A stretch of DNA of 61,363 bases, filler included, from Basidiobolus ranarum (GCA_040143965.1; 18 parts of 18 records of this genome joined end to end with filler, not necessarily neighbours in it); one strand, 5' to 3'; numbered from the whole stretch's first letter, positions 22,561-35,398 are shown. The notes: a model not told the origin generated them from the sequence alone. A program made the numbers and translations.

Positions 22561-23672
22561 TGCCAGGTAAACAAAGCTTACTCAATGTACTCATCCCACC
22601 AATATGTTGATTCATTGCCATACTTAGATAGCATCTTGCCAAAAGGTCTATTAAATCTCTTCATGACTCCATTGATTATTGGAAGCCAGGCTGAGGTCCT
22701 TAAATGTTTGATATTTCGTAGTTCCAAATAGGCCCTAAGGGTTTTTGCCATAAAGTTAGCTCCTATGTCAAACAGAAATTCAACAAGAAATCCAAACTTC
22801 ATTGAATCTTATGATAAACAAAACTTGCAACTTCTTCTTCACTGGCAATTGGTACTGCTTTGGAAGCTGGCCATTTGGTTGCATGGCTAATGGCAACAAA
22901 AGTCCATCAGTTGCTTCTTTTGGTTTTGGGTAGTCTTCCTATGAAATCAATTCCCCATCTTTCAATTGGTTATATTGGCTTCAAAGGGAATAGTTCTGCA
23001 TATCAAAGGATTTGACTTGGATTAATTTAACCACTAGGGCCAGTCTTGACTAGTTTCTCTACATTACCCTTCATCTTTGGCCACCAGAATCCAGTATTCA
23101 ATAGGCTGAGTATACCTTCAATTCCTAGATGTCCATAGCCATGATATAGCTTACAAACTAGGTCCAATTTGTTTGGATAGGGGCAGCTGGATATTGGCTG
23201 ATTAGAAATAATATGATAGAGAGTTTCTTCTTGTGCAACAAATTTCTCTGCATCTTGACAAATTAATTTTTGTACTTCCTTCCATACTGGTTCTTAGAAT
23301 GTTAGACCACCAGAAGTTGCAGTATTAGTGTAGGCCAGTCAGATTCTTTAATGACATTGATTTCCTTAGGCTTATCAACTCAAGACAAAGCATCTGCTAC
23401 AACTTTGACTTATCCAGGACTATAAGTAATATCCAGGTCAAGCTGTTGCAGATATTCACTTCATCCTGTCATTCTTCTTGATAGAACCTTTTGGGTACTA
23501 ACATACTTCAGAGAGGCTTGGTCTGTCTTCACCATAGTCTTAGCTCCTTCTGAATAGCATCTCCAGACTTTGAGGCAATTGAAAATAGCAAGCATCTCCT
23601 TTTCATGAATTGGATAGTTCTGTTCAGCACAGTTCATCTGCTTGGACTCAAAGCCAATTGGGTATTCATCAC
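22561..23672 (-). mobile_element. Degenerate Ty3/gypsy pol fragment (RNase H and integrase)
   Basis: IGFESKQMNCAEQNYPIHEKEMLAI...KTDQASLKY (RNase H), followed by integrase WGIDFIG.LP, DIGANF and HLRTSAW.PI.NG. RNase H before integrase is the gypsy order. Confidence 0.9.
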
Positions 23673-23859
23673 CTCTAACAGAAATTTGAGGATTGTTATT
23701 GTAGGAAAACCATGACAATTTTAATCCATTTGGGATTGACTGTATACTTACTGTTATAAAATTGTCAAGTTAGATTTACTTTTAATGAATTTTTTCAGTT
23801 TCAGCAGTGAAATTTCAAGCTCTTGCAAAATAGTTACACATGATTGACTACAATCTCAG
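23673..23859 (+). mobile_element. Putative opposite end of the EnSpm-type element, inserted into gypsy RNase H
   Basis: Starts CTCTAACAGAAATTTGAGG (decayed CCCTAACAG) and is the reverse complement of ~24040-24223. It interrupts the gypsy reading frame. Confidence 0.65.
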
Positions 23860-23959
23860 NNNNNNNNNNNNNNNNNNNNNNNNNNNNNNNNNNNNNNNNN
23901 NNNTTAATTAATTAANNNNNNNNNNNNNNNNNNNNNNNNNNNNNNNNNNNNNNNNNNNN

Positions 23960-24223
23960 GGTGACAAATTAGTGTTTAAGTAGTAAATGTGTAAAATTTG
24001 AGTTATGTCTTTTGCTCATGTGTTGATCTGTAGTACTCTGATATTGAAGCCAATCATATGCAACTATTCTACAAGATCTTGAAATTTCACTCCTGGAACT
24101 GAAAAAATGACTAAAATCAAATCTAACTTGATGATTTTATGATGGTAGATAAACAGTCAATCCCAAATGGATTAAAATTGTGATGGTTTTCCTATGATAA
24201 TAATCCTCAAATTTCTGTTAGGG
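23960..24223 (-). mobile_element. Putative opposite end of the EnSpm-type element, inserted into copia RT
   Basis: Ends ...AAATTTCTGTTAGGG at 24223, directly followed by copia RT MDTKIVFLNG. Shares CCCTAACA(A/G)AA with the termini at 242 and 34957. Confidence 0.65.
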
Positions 24224-25599
24224 AAATGGATACAAAGATAGTGTTTCTTAATGGAGAAATTTATGAAGATGTATACATTTATCAATCAGAGGGATAAATT
24301 TTTAAAGAAAAAGAATATCAAGTATGTAAGCTACAGAGATGTCTATTTGGTTTGAAACAAGCTCCTTGTGCATTGAATCTCAAAATCAAACAGATCTTGA
24401 TGATACATCTTTTACATTGTAGCATAGCTGATCATTGCATATACTTCAGACTTTCAAAGCCACCAAAGCAATAATTACTCTCTATGTTAAATATATCATA
24501 ATAGATAGTAAGTGCACATATCTAATGAAACAAACTAAAACCTGCCTATCTACTCAGTTTAAAATGCAAGATCTTGGATCACTAGCATATTATCTTAGAA
24601 TATATCAAAGTCTTAATATTGGAATACTCTGTATTATACAAGAAAGACATATAGTGGAGATGTTTTACATAGATTTAATATGTCAGAATGTAAAACAGCT
24701 TCAAATCCACTATGTGTGCTGATAATCACTAAGAATAAGGAATCAAAAATCTCTAAAGATATTAAAGTCATAAAACATATTTCTTATCATAGTGTAAATG
24801 AAAGTCACATATATGCAACAACTGGTACTAGGCCTGATATTGCTACAGCTATAAGTATAGTAAGCAAATATATGGAAAATCCCATAATGGAACAATGGAT
24901 AGCTGAAAGACAGCTAATATGCTATTTGAAAGAAACAAGATATCATAGAATTTAACTCAGTAAACAGTATAACATTGCACTCATTTTAGAAGGATATACT
25001 GATGCAGACAGGGCTAACAATACAGAAGACTATAAGTACAGAAGTGGATATATATTTAAGCTAGCTGGTGGACCAATAAGCTGGATTAGTAGGAAACAAC
25101 AAATTGTTACATTATTAACTACAGAAGCAAAATATACAACAAGCTCTAAGGCTGCTCAAGAAGCTATACGGCAAAGGAGTTTTCTCAAGAAATTAGGATA
25201 TGAGCAAGTTACTCCAACATCAATTTATCAAGATAATATTAGTTATGTTCAAATTATCAAAAATCCTGAGCATCACTCCAGGATTCAACATATTGACATA
25301 AGATATCATTTTACCTAAGAGAAAGTTAAAAAAAAAGAAGTGAACTTTATTCATTGCAATACTGAAAACATTCTTGCAGATATATTAACAAAATCACTCC
25401 AAACTTCAATCTTTGAAAAGTTAAGAGCTGGCATAGGCATTAGTGAATATAAGCACAATGATGAATAAGAATTAATGGATAATTAATCTTTATCCAACAT
25501 CTTAGTTAACTTGAGTTATAATACATATATCAGAAATAGAAGGCAATGTGTCTATAGCCCCTGTATTCTAATTAGGAATATCTCTATATCTATATACCA
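24224..25599 (+). mobile_element. Degenerate copia RT-RNase H with 3' LTR (family C, from ~25473)
   Basis: MDTK.VFLNG, LFGLKQAP, MQDLG, TRPDIATA, YTDAD, HIDIRYHF, ADILTKSL. Followed by the family-C LTR. Confidence 0.9.
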
Positions 25600-26886
25600 A
25601 GTCCACCCCCATTATGTCAAGATCCTCTAACAGCTTATTCACATCAATTGCTAGGAAATTATCTGCAATGCTTCTGGCCTCCATGCCTATTGTAATACTT
25701 CTAACTATTAAGGTAGAAAATAAGTTTGTAGTTAACATCTCATCTTTGTATATTCCTGCAATGATAGGTATCATGCCATATTGGCCTGTATATGCTAGTT
25801 GAGTCTCACAAAGTTCAAATTTGAAATATACACTTTGATTTGTTTCACTGAGTCATATATTACTGAATCTTGATTGATTTTAGTCATTGCTACTGCACTG
25901 CATCCAGTTAGTATCAAATTGTACCACTAAAGTCATACAGTGCTTAAGCATGCGTAGGATATGTAAGCAAATCTGTCATCATGGAGCAGTACAACAATTT
26001 GTGTATCAATGATGTTGAAGCCAGCATACATTAACTTCAATTATCACTCGACAAACATGATATTTTCACAATAGAAGACAAGCTATGGAGTGTGCAGGTA
26101 AAGTCATGCTAGCGTCAGACATTTTATGAGTTCAAAACTACAATTGCCACTCCACAAACTAAAGAAACAGTTCCTAATAGCAATAGATCCTGATAAAAGA
26201 AAACTAATCAATAAATTTCACCAAGAAATTAGTGAGCGGTTGACATCGAGAGATTCAGTTCCATAACAGAGTTCACAACGAAAAAGAGCATTCTCTACTA
26301 GGCATTTAGCTCATATATGCTACTTGATTAAGATGCTCCAATCTACAGGGGAAGCCTGTCCATTGTTAAGGTATAGATTGATTAATATGGCTTGAAAGGC
26401 GGTGAATGTGAATGCTGAGATCATATGTTGCAAAGAGGTGAAACCCTAATATATGATGCCGATGATCTCAGGGCTATGATTGATATTAGATTCTACCTAC
26501 ACCTACAAGCGCAGGTGTACCAATCATTTGAGTTATTGCATTTCAATTGATTAGCGTACGCCACATACTGGCCATTTTATATCATCTGAAAACTAGTGTC
26601 AAGTCGTAGCAAATAGTCACCCCATGTCTGAAACCTCGCTGACTCAATAATTAACCAATCCGTATAACGTAAGAGTAAAGGATAATCAGCGATTTATTAT
26701 GCTGCATGTGATATGTATGCAATTAGGGTATAGCCTAGTATAGTTGGCGCCTACAATTCAACGCCTGATTACTGAATATAACCTGTCAAGATCTATAGTT
26801 TAATAATGTGTACATATCGAATGTACCACCACATAAGATCAGTAGTAATGATAGAGACTGACTATGGGCCGAATGACTCGCTACAT

Positions 26887-27276
26887 CTACCAAGATTCCG
26901 TGTATACATCCCACCATAGCTTATACAGATCATCAAATGGCCCAGGCTCTTCGTGCTCCTTCAAATCTACATCCCAGGGCTTCTCCAGGATATAGTGGAT
27001 GTTCTTGATCTCTTCTAGGACCCAAGTCTTGCTATGACAATATTTCATGGGCTTTAGAGCGTTATAGATATGAGATAACGGAATCCAACTATTACGGAAG
27101 ATCTCATTAAGAAAATCTTGATCTGGGAACAGGTATCGTTGGAGATTTTGGGATTTGTTGAGTTCTCTTGTCATGCGCTCAAATAGGTGTTGTGAAGGGA
27201 CTAGAACCTATAATCCCGAATTAAAATATTGATGGATGGGACGAGTGAATTTGGTTCCCTTCCACATGCCATTCTC
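26887..27276 (-). pseudogene. Glycosyltransferase family 8 protein, C-terminal part, with an in-frame TAG
   Basis: YFNSGL*VLVPS...FPDQDFLN...YNALKPM...NIHYILEKPW...LWW are GT8 motifs. The stop is at 27210-27208. 5' truncated by the contig edge. Confidence 0.8.
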
Positions 27277-29059
27277 CNNNNNNNNNNNNNNNNNNNNNNN
27301 NNNNNNNNNNNNNNNNNNNNNTTAATTAATTAANNNNNNNNNNNNNNNNNNNNNNNNNNNNNNNNNNNNNNNNNNNNAAGATTTCTAGTTTCCAATAAGT
27401 TTCATACTAATGCACCTTAAATTCTCCTAAACACATATTGTATTACAAGTCTCAATGCGCCATGTAATCAATATCAAGAATTTATTCGAATGAGAGTATT
27501 TCCATCCTGTTTAGCCATCCTTATTAGGATAAATGAATATAGACCTTGCCATAAAAGGCAAAACATTCATATGAACTGGAATATCCACAAAAATATCGAG
27601 TAATTAATGAGAGCAATCTGAAGACTAGCTATTTCTCAATGATCACTTTTCAAAGCTCAAACTAGCTATTTCTAAATGGTCACTTAGAAATCTTGCAGTG
27701 TCTGTACATATCAAGCCAGTACAACATTGAAAGGCCTTTACGCTCTAGACTTCTTTGGGAGAGTCCAACCTCTCAATACGGACTGGAAGATTGTGAGAAT
27801 TACTAGGAAATTTGTAGCAACTATGCTTTACCCGATGATATGTATGGTTGTCAAGTTGGTTAGTGGGTTTTGCGTTTCACTCTTGCTTACTAAAGTTAGA
27901 ATTTTACGGAAATTATTGACGCTGAAGATGGCACTGAGACAGATGCTCCATCTGAAAACCAAGCTCCACTAACGAACCATCTGAAAAGCAAGCTCCATTA
28001 ACGAAAGAAGATTTTAATGATTTCTCTCCTCAACGATCTACAACTCAACCTACTTTTCGTATTTCTATCAATGTTATAATGACTTATTTGGAATTCACAT
28101 TGTCTATCTTGCATTCAAATAATATTTACTCATTGATCAAGATCCACTTAGTCACTTGCTCTTGCTAGCATTGGTTAAGGTTAGATATTACTTGGATGCA
28201 TGATATAGTAGACCTTCTAGATGTTGAAGCTTCGGTAAAATATAGATTCCACTGTTGAAACAACATACGTAATGTTCGGGCCACCAAATGAGATTAGTTT
28301 AGCAATGATCATTGGTGGTTTACGAAACACCTGTGTAACTTCAACAGTTGATTGCTTTTTGGTCCCGAGTGTAGCTTCAACAGTTGATTCCTTTTTGGTT
28401 TGACATATATCGTATGCGTAAAAGAAGATTCTGTAACTGCACTTTGGAAATTATCAACACCACTGTATAAGGCAACAGAAACTAGTAGCTAAGAGATACA
28501 TATCTATGACAGGCTATCTGAGCTCTAAACTCGCCGTAACTTGGATTTCAAAGCAATCTAAAAGTGATAAGAGATATTATATAGCATTCCTAATTCAGCG
28601 ATAATCAATTGAAATGGTTGATTACCATAAAATCCTAGAGTTAGTGTTCTACATAGCCACTTATAATGCTTAGAGATGATGAAAGTTTGAAGCCCATTCA
28701 TTTGTGGAGATAGTTCTTATTAGTAAGCAAAGATATGGAACATTTGCCTCTATGAAGTGGAAAGTCTAATGGTTTATTGCCGAATAATGGTATACACCCT
28801 AATTCATGTACTGCCTTTAATGCTGGCTTTGAAGGAGAAGAGACGTGTGTGTTTGGAATTCAGAGTCCTTGTGATAAACTACCTATTCATGAAACCCCTA
28901 CTCAGGATTATAAACATTCTCTACCATTAAACGCTTATCATGGATTGACAGCTACTCAAGATGGTACAAAGAACTTGATTTGGCGTATTACTAGTGCAAA
29001 AAGGACTAAACAAGCCACAAAAAACGGACAATGGCGGTGATTTCCGATACAAAAACATT

Positions 29060-29105
29060 CACTGCACTGACAAAACACTGCACTGACAAAACACTGCACT
29101 GACAA
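29060..29105. repeat. 16-bp tandem repeat, about 3 copies
   Basis: CACTGCACTGACAAAA repeated. Confidence 0.9.
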
Positions 29106-29891
29106 CCAGAGAGAGAATGATTTTGTTGACATATTTCCATCACGGAATTAATTGGTTTAGGCAAAGGCGATCTGATTACAGCACTTGCCTTTTTCACTCA
29201 GATCACCAACTCAATTCAGGCAGTGATCCTGTTGGCAACCAATGCCTATCTGGGCATAGTTTTCCAAGGTTGACTCGTTGATTCAAATATGCCAAGTATA
29301 ATATGATCTAACCACGGCAATTCACAGCCAATTTACAGGCATGTAACAGGCAATTCACAGCTACTTCAACTGATTATGCAATATCTAGCGATCTGAATGG
29401 TTACCTATTCAACAACGTGCTTGAACAGTAATAGTTGACCAGCCAATTTGAGGATTATAATGAAGATTAGAAATATGAGAATTCGATGTGCCTATGCGCA
29501 GGTCGTAGCAATGGAACTGACTCTAATGCGACGAATAGATTTGTAGATGTAGCTTGCTCAAAGAAATTCGTTAGTAGTTAGTCACAAGACTAGCGAAGGA
29601 AATCGTTATCGGACACCTCTTGGTTTGGATTTTTTACTGGTGAGCATATATTTCTTTTTTTCTGATTGTGAGATATGAATTGGTTACGTTTTGAAAGAAT
29701 AATAACTATTACTCACTACATAAGAATTACTATTACGATGGCCCATTACTACAATCTGTAGTGAAGAGAATAGAGAGCCGTGCATACTCATTCGTCAGCT
29801 TGACAGAATGTTACATACCAGCTCGAACATATAAGGCAATGCTTCCAGCATATCCATATACTCACAAAACTTCTTCCCTTCAAAGTAGCTA

Positions 29892-30694
29892 ATGCCTGAA
29901 TCAAGTGTGCATATTTCTTCTTTTGTGGATATGGATGAGAAACCAACCCTCATCACTACTAGCGATCTCGGGAGAAGTGCATTGAAAATTGGTATTATAG
30001 GAACCGGCTGGTACGGTCGTGCTCTTGCAAAGCGTCTGACAGAAAGTGGCTTTGATGTCATCTTGGGTTCCAGAGACCCGTCTAGTGTTGAATTTGAACT
30101 TCCTTGTAGAGCAGCCACCTACTACGAGGTTATCACTTCATGCTCAACCTTAGCCTTAACTATCCCTTGGGTCCATCACAAAGCATTTGCTAGAGAACAT
30201 GAACTAGCTCTCATTGATAAGATAATCATTGATGTCTCTAACCCCAATAATCTTAGTGAGCTGCTTCAAGGGGATCTTTGTATAGCCGAAAGATTGCAAG
30301 ATTACCTGCCAAAGAGCAAAATTGTCAAAGGTTTCAACACTATCTCGGCCTACACTCTACAGCACGATGTGCGTGGATCAAACCGACAAGTTCACATCTG
30401 CACTGATTCTTCAGAAGCGTACGATTTAATGTCTTATATCGTCAAAGAAATTGGGTAAATATACATTCTACTGTTCTTTCTACGCAATATATCGCTAATA
30501 AATCTTATTTTATAGCTATTTGCCAGTAAATGCCGGGAGCCTGTCACATGCTCGAGAAATTGAAGCTCTCCCATTGGCGTTTTTCGAAGCATGGAGAGTA
30601 CCTTTCTGCTTTGCCTTGACTGTATATCTCACATTCACCATATACGTAGCTGTCACTGAATATGCTGTCAACAAGTCTCTGCCGACAAACTTCC
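29892..30694 (+). CDS. STEAP2/3/4-like metalloreductase (FNO-like NADPH oxidoreductase domain plus first TM helix); 3' truncated
   Basis: Exons 29892-30454 and 30516->30694; intron 30455-30515 is GTAAAT...GCTAAT...TATAG. Motifs GIIGTGWYGRALA, GSRDP, IIDVSNP, AERLQ..LP.SKIVKGFNTISA, then GYLPVNAGSLSHAREIEALPLAFF.AW..P and a TM helix, as in STEAP proteins. Confidence 0.85.
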
Positions 30695-31001
30695 NNNNNN
30701 NNNNNNNNNNNNNNNNNNNNNNNNNNNNNNNNNNNNNNTTAATTAATTAANNNNNNNNNNNNNNNNNNNNNNNNNNNNNNNNNNNNNNNNNNNNATGACG
30801 TCGTTCCTCCATTTTCGTTGGTTTTAGGGTTTAGCAAAGATATGTTGTTTTTGTTTAACCGCGTGGAAAATCTTGATCTACGTTGATAAAAATATTTTGT
30901 ATAACGTATTTGGTAAGTCATGGTCTGCCTACAACCTTGAATCTTTCATAGCCCTTCAGTTTCTTATTAAACTGGGCATTACACCAAATAGTTGCAACTG
31001 C

Positions 31002-31348
31002 TGTTAAAGTATTTTGGGAGCCTATTGGAAATGGTTTGGAGAACTAGAGAAATTGGTGGTTTTCACTTATAGATATATTGGGTTGAAATTTGACATTTAT
31101 AGTTTATTAAGACATAAACAAAAAAACGTGTAGGATGTTTAAAGAAAGGTCACAGAAACAGGTGGGCAACGGTTGGGGTGTCTAGCACAAGTTTGATAAA
31201 TCTAAATAACCAAGAACTTCTAAGCTAGTAAAATATTCTAACTAAATTTCGATTGAGAATAATGGGTGATATCTTAGTGAAATACAAGATAACTAAATAT
31301 TAAGCTATATATTACTATATAGATGTGTAGGCTGTGCTTATTTCAATA
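31002..31348 (-). mobile_element. Solo copia LTR (family B) with 5-bp TSD
   Basis: TGTTAAAG...TTTCAATA flanked by ACTGC on both sides (30997-31001 and 31349-31353). Confidence 0.92.
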
Positions 31349-31437
31349 ACTGCTAGCACATATAATCCAGCTGGATCCAAGTACATTTGCATATTTAGGA
31401 ATTTTTGAATAAAATTGACATCAGAAGTAGTCTGTTG

Positions 31438-31778
31438 TGTTGAAGTATTTCGGAAGCCTGATGGAAGTGGTTTGGAGAACTAGAGAAATTGTTGGTTTTT
31501 ACTTATTGATTTATTGAATTAAAAGTTGACATTTGTAGTTTTGTCCAGATGTAGATAACGTGTTGAACATGTTAAGTAAAGTCCCGGGAACATGTGTGCA
31601 AAGTTTGGGGTCTCTAGCACAAGTTTGAAAAATCTATATATCTGAGAATTAAGTTGGTGTCAATATTCCAAGTGAATTCCGATATTGGATAATTGGTAAT
31701 ATCTTAGTCCAATATAGGATAACTAAATACTAAGCTATATGTGACTATATAGGTGCTTAGGCAATGCTAATTTCAACA
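31438..31778 (-). mobile_element. Solo copia LTR (family B) with 5-bp TSD
   Basis: TGTTGAAG...TTTCAACA flanked by TGTTG on both sides (31433-31437 and 31779-31783). Confidence 0.92.
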
Positions 31779-33169
31779 TGTTGAACATTATTTAGTCCAT
31801 CATCTATCAGCTCTAAATCCGAACATATATTTAAAACACATGTTTAGTATCCAAGAATTTGGAAAGTGAGACTTGTAATATTACAATCACTCAAGTTAAC
31901 AGGATAGCCCTTTGTCCCACAGATGTTTCAAACACAACTACATCAGTTGTTCTTAGTATCGCCTTCAAAGGTAGAAGTACATTATTTGTGGTAAATAATT
32001 GATATCTCTCATACTCACAAAAACCCCTCATTTCTTAAAATTCCCTCCACAATTCTCCAATTTTCTCAGTATCTTTGAGTTTTCAACATTGCATCATACA
32101 AGGATTTCTTTTGCCGATGGGCAAGACCATAATTCAATAGCAATATTGTAAAATAAATAATAATATAAGCAATCTACTGACAGCTGGAATTCATTAACTA
32201 GTTCTTTTATCAAGTAGTGTTATTCTAGCACAGCTATGTACTTTCATCTTCTTCGATCACTGTAGCCTACATATTGGCAACTATCTCGGATCCTAGAAAA
32301 TGTACGATTACTCAGCAACGAAATATATGATATTGAAAAGTTCAATACATGGAGCAATTCACAAGAGCGATAGCACAACTAACCAACTGAGATTAAGCAT
32401 TTCAGTGATATAAGCATTCTTCTCTCCGTAAAACCAATTATGATATCAGATTACAAGGACATAACTAATAGTAACAATAATAATGATAATCACTTTCAAT
32501 ATCTCAACAGTATATTCCAATTACATGTAATATAGGCGTTAATTCTTGAATGTTTCCTAAGTAGATAATAGCGGAGGAGAGTGGTCAGTTAGCTAAAGAG
32601 TCAAATATCTCCGGATCCTACTCGTCTATCGCCAGATCTTTTGGACATCCAGGGTTGGTGTAGCATCCGATACTGGCCTCTAGTTTTCATATCATACAAC
32701 GGATCACTTAATAACCATGTAAATGTTAATAAATATAAATGCTGCAAACGCTATATGTATTGTAAAATAGTACAAACTTCTCGTATACCTGTACTATTGA
32801 TTTATATTCATTTTGTGTAGCTCCAGTACTAGTATATCATATATATATAAGTGAAATGGAATGCTAGAATGGGGCTTAGGATTCAGGATTCAGTATTCAG
32901 GATTCAGCATTTGTCACTTGGATGTCCCAACACTCTTAAGTATCATTCGTTAAATGAAACTCTGGTATGAGTTTCTGGGTTCGGGATTTGTTGTTGACAT
33001 GACCGAACACTCTTAGATCAATTCATGATCTACTTTACAAACGAATCTACGCACAGTTCGCCCAGTCATCAGTCAGTGAAACCCCTACAATTAGTTTAGT
33101 CAAGCACTTCCCTCATTTGGTATGAAAAGATGGTACGTATGCAATAAAGTAACATCCATTTATTCCTGA

Positions 33170-34094
33170 TCAATAGTAGGGAGCATTGGGAAGTACTGTG
33201 GAATCTACTATTGATGTAGCATTAGAGTAATTATACAAATTGAGATCTGAATAAAAATTTGCCTGAGATAAAGTTCCTTTCGAGGAGCAAGTGGGTGAGG
33301 TCAGGTATGAAAATAACTCAGTATTTTGATCATATATAGGCTTTAAATGATTCAACGTTGATGGTTCGCTTAGTATGGACACGTAGTATTGAATCAGTCC
33401 ACTTAAATTGTCTATTTCCTGGCCTAGAACTTTACAATTTGAACAAGTGTTTGGTGGTTCTTTCAAGGATTGGAATTCATTTTCATGGTGAGAGGTTTGC
33501 GGCGTGTTGATAGGTGAGAACGTAGATAAGGCTGGAGAAGGTAATGAGGAAGATAACGTTGGATTGGTAGTTGCGACGTCCTTTGGAACTGGAGATTCTA
33601 CTTTTACTGGCGAATACGGACCCAATCTTCGTTGAATAAGATGAAAAGCATTTGGTTGATCTCGTTTGAAATGTCTATGTGAATAGATTATCATAGACTT
33701 ATCACCACTTTGCTTACTCCTCCGCCGGTCAGAATGTCTGTAAAAACCATAGATCTTTACAAAATGTTAACATGTTGTCACATAATAAACAACTGTACTT
33801 GAACAAATTACGTTTAATTGACGAGAGAACGAGGTGAACTTATCAGTTTCATAGTGTTGAGGAAGTACTTTTGAGGCTAAATTGATGGGGTCTTTAATGA
33901 TAAATCTGGTACCGGACAGCTCCCAGGCTATTATATCGGAGTAGCTCTCCTCAGAGAGTATTCTAAAGCATCACCAAGTTAGCAATAGAGAATCTTAACC
34001 AAGCATGAAAAATAAAAGAAAGTTATTACTTGTAAAGACTCCACACAAAAGGAGATATCCTCATGCAAAGTTTAGTTGTATGTCCTGATAGCAT
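33170..34094 (-). CDS. HSF-type DNA-binding transcription factor (divergent)
   Basis: Exons 34094-34030, 33962-33812 and 33754-33170 with GT-AG introns. Spliced product: MLSGHTTKLCMRISPFVWSLYKILSEESYSDIIAWELSGTRFII...VLPQHYETDKFTSFSRQLNIYGFYR...YSHRHFKRDQPNAFHLIQRR, which is the HSF DBD pattern. A Ser/Pro-rich region and a short amphipathic helix follow. Confidence 0.9.
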
Positions 34095-34374
34095 TTTGAA
34101 GCGGTATNNNNNNNNNNNNNNNNNNNNNNNNNNNNNNNNNNNNNNNNNNNNTTAATTAATTAANNNNNNNNNNNNNNNNNNNNNNNNNNNNNNNNNNNNN
34201 NNNNNNNCTTCTTTTGCAATTCTTTTAAAGCAATCTTTGCTTAAATGGCCAGTTCTTTTACAGTAATCACAGAATGTGTTACTTTTCTTCTTAAAGTGCT
34301 TTTGACCTTTATAGGAAGATTTCCCATAGCCTATTAAAGCATTTTCTTCATTCTTCCTGTTTCTTCATCCATCC

Positions 34375-34957
34375 TGTTGACTGCAAGTTGGGGATATATT
34401 GGCAGAATTCTTTATGGAAATTTGCCAAATACAAGAGCTTATTCTCATTGTGAATGGTAGCAAGAGTCAGCTATCAGCCAAGTGTCAGTGCTGTTCAAAG
34501 TTTCAGATGTTTAGCAATTTTTCCACCATTAGTTTGCTGAGAAAGAATATTGAGGTTATTGAGTTATGTCTGATCAGTCAAGTATGTGCATATGAAGAGA
34601 CTAAACACAAGGAGATTCTTGTATTTTTTGATTCTCATTATGGCTGGAATACAAAGCCAAAAATATTCAATTAAAGAATTTCATAATAATTCAAATTCCT
34701 ACAGCAGAAATCCTGGTAATTTGCCATTTGAAATTATATTTTGTGAAAATTGCCAGAAGTTAATGATGCATGTGAAATACAAGGATCAATATTTGAACTT
34801 GTATGAACACCATCTGAATACCATCAAGAAACTGCCATCACATCATCAAAATCCCTGGCAGAAAACAATCCACCAATATTGTGATGGCCCTCTGATGTTC
34901 TTGCAACTTAGAATGGCAAATCCAATCCAGATCAAATTGATTTTATTTTTGTTAGGG
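34375..34957 (+). mobile_element. EnSpm/CACTA-type transposon relic: terminal ~580 bp
   Basis: Homologous to 21858-22443 and to the reverse complement of 242-820. Ends TTTTTGTTAGGG. Confidence 0.8.
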
Positions 34958-34962
34958 ATAAC

Positions 34963-35398
34963 TGTAGTAACTCCACAGTAATGTGACTTTTGGCAGCTTT
35001 GAGGCAAAGCTCAGCCAGTGGACTCAGTGGGAAAAACTATAGTCAATTTTGTGCACTTATTACTGTTGAAGTTCACCTGGCTTTGAGCAGCTGGTGGCTT
35101 TATACAGTGATCATGCTGGAAATTATTTTTTCTATGAAGCCTCTGGCTTTCATAGCACAAGAATTTGTGACAATAATAGCTGGGCTTGTTTAAATGTTTT
35201 TGTTGCAGCATTAGAAGGATATTTTAGAAAAAAGAACACCTCCTACATAAGGGTAGTATTTTGGGTATAGCCCATCAATATCATTGGCTGATTCTGAGAT
35301 GGTGTCAGCAATCAGTCATTGGAGGATTTACAAAATATTTACTGTACTGTATGGCAATTTTGGTTTGTCATAAGCTGCTTCTAAGCAATTTCGCCACA
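34963..35398 (+). mobile_element. Full-length LTR-like repeat (family A)
   Basis: TGTAGTAAC...TTCGCCACA with imperfect inverted TG...CA ends. The 5' part matches 3195-3327 and the 3' part matches 70-237. No TSD recognised. Confidence 0.6.
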
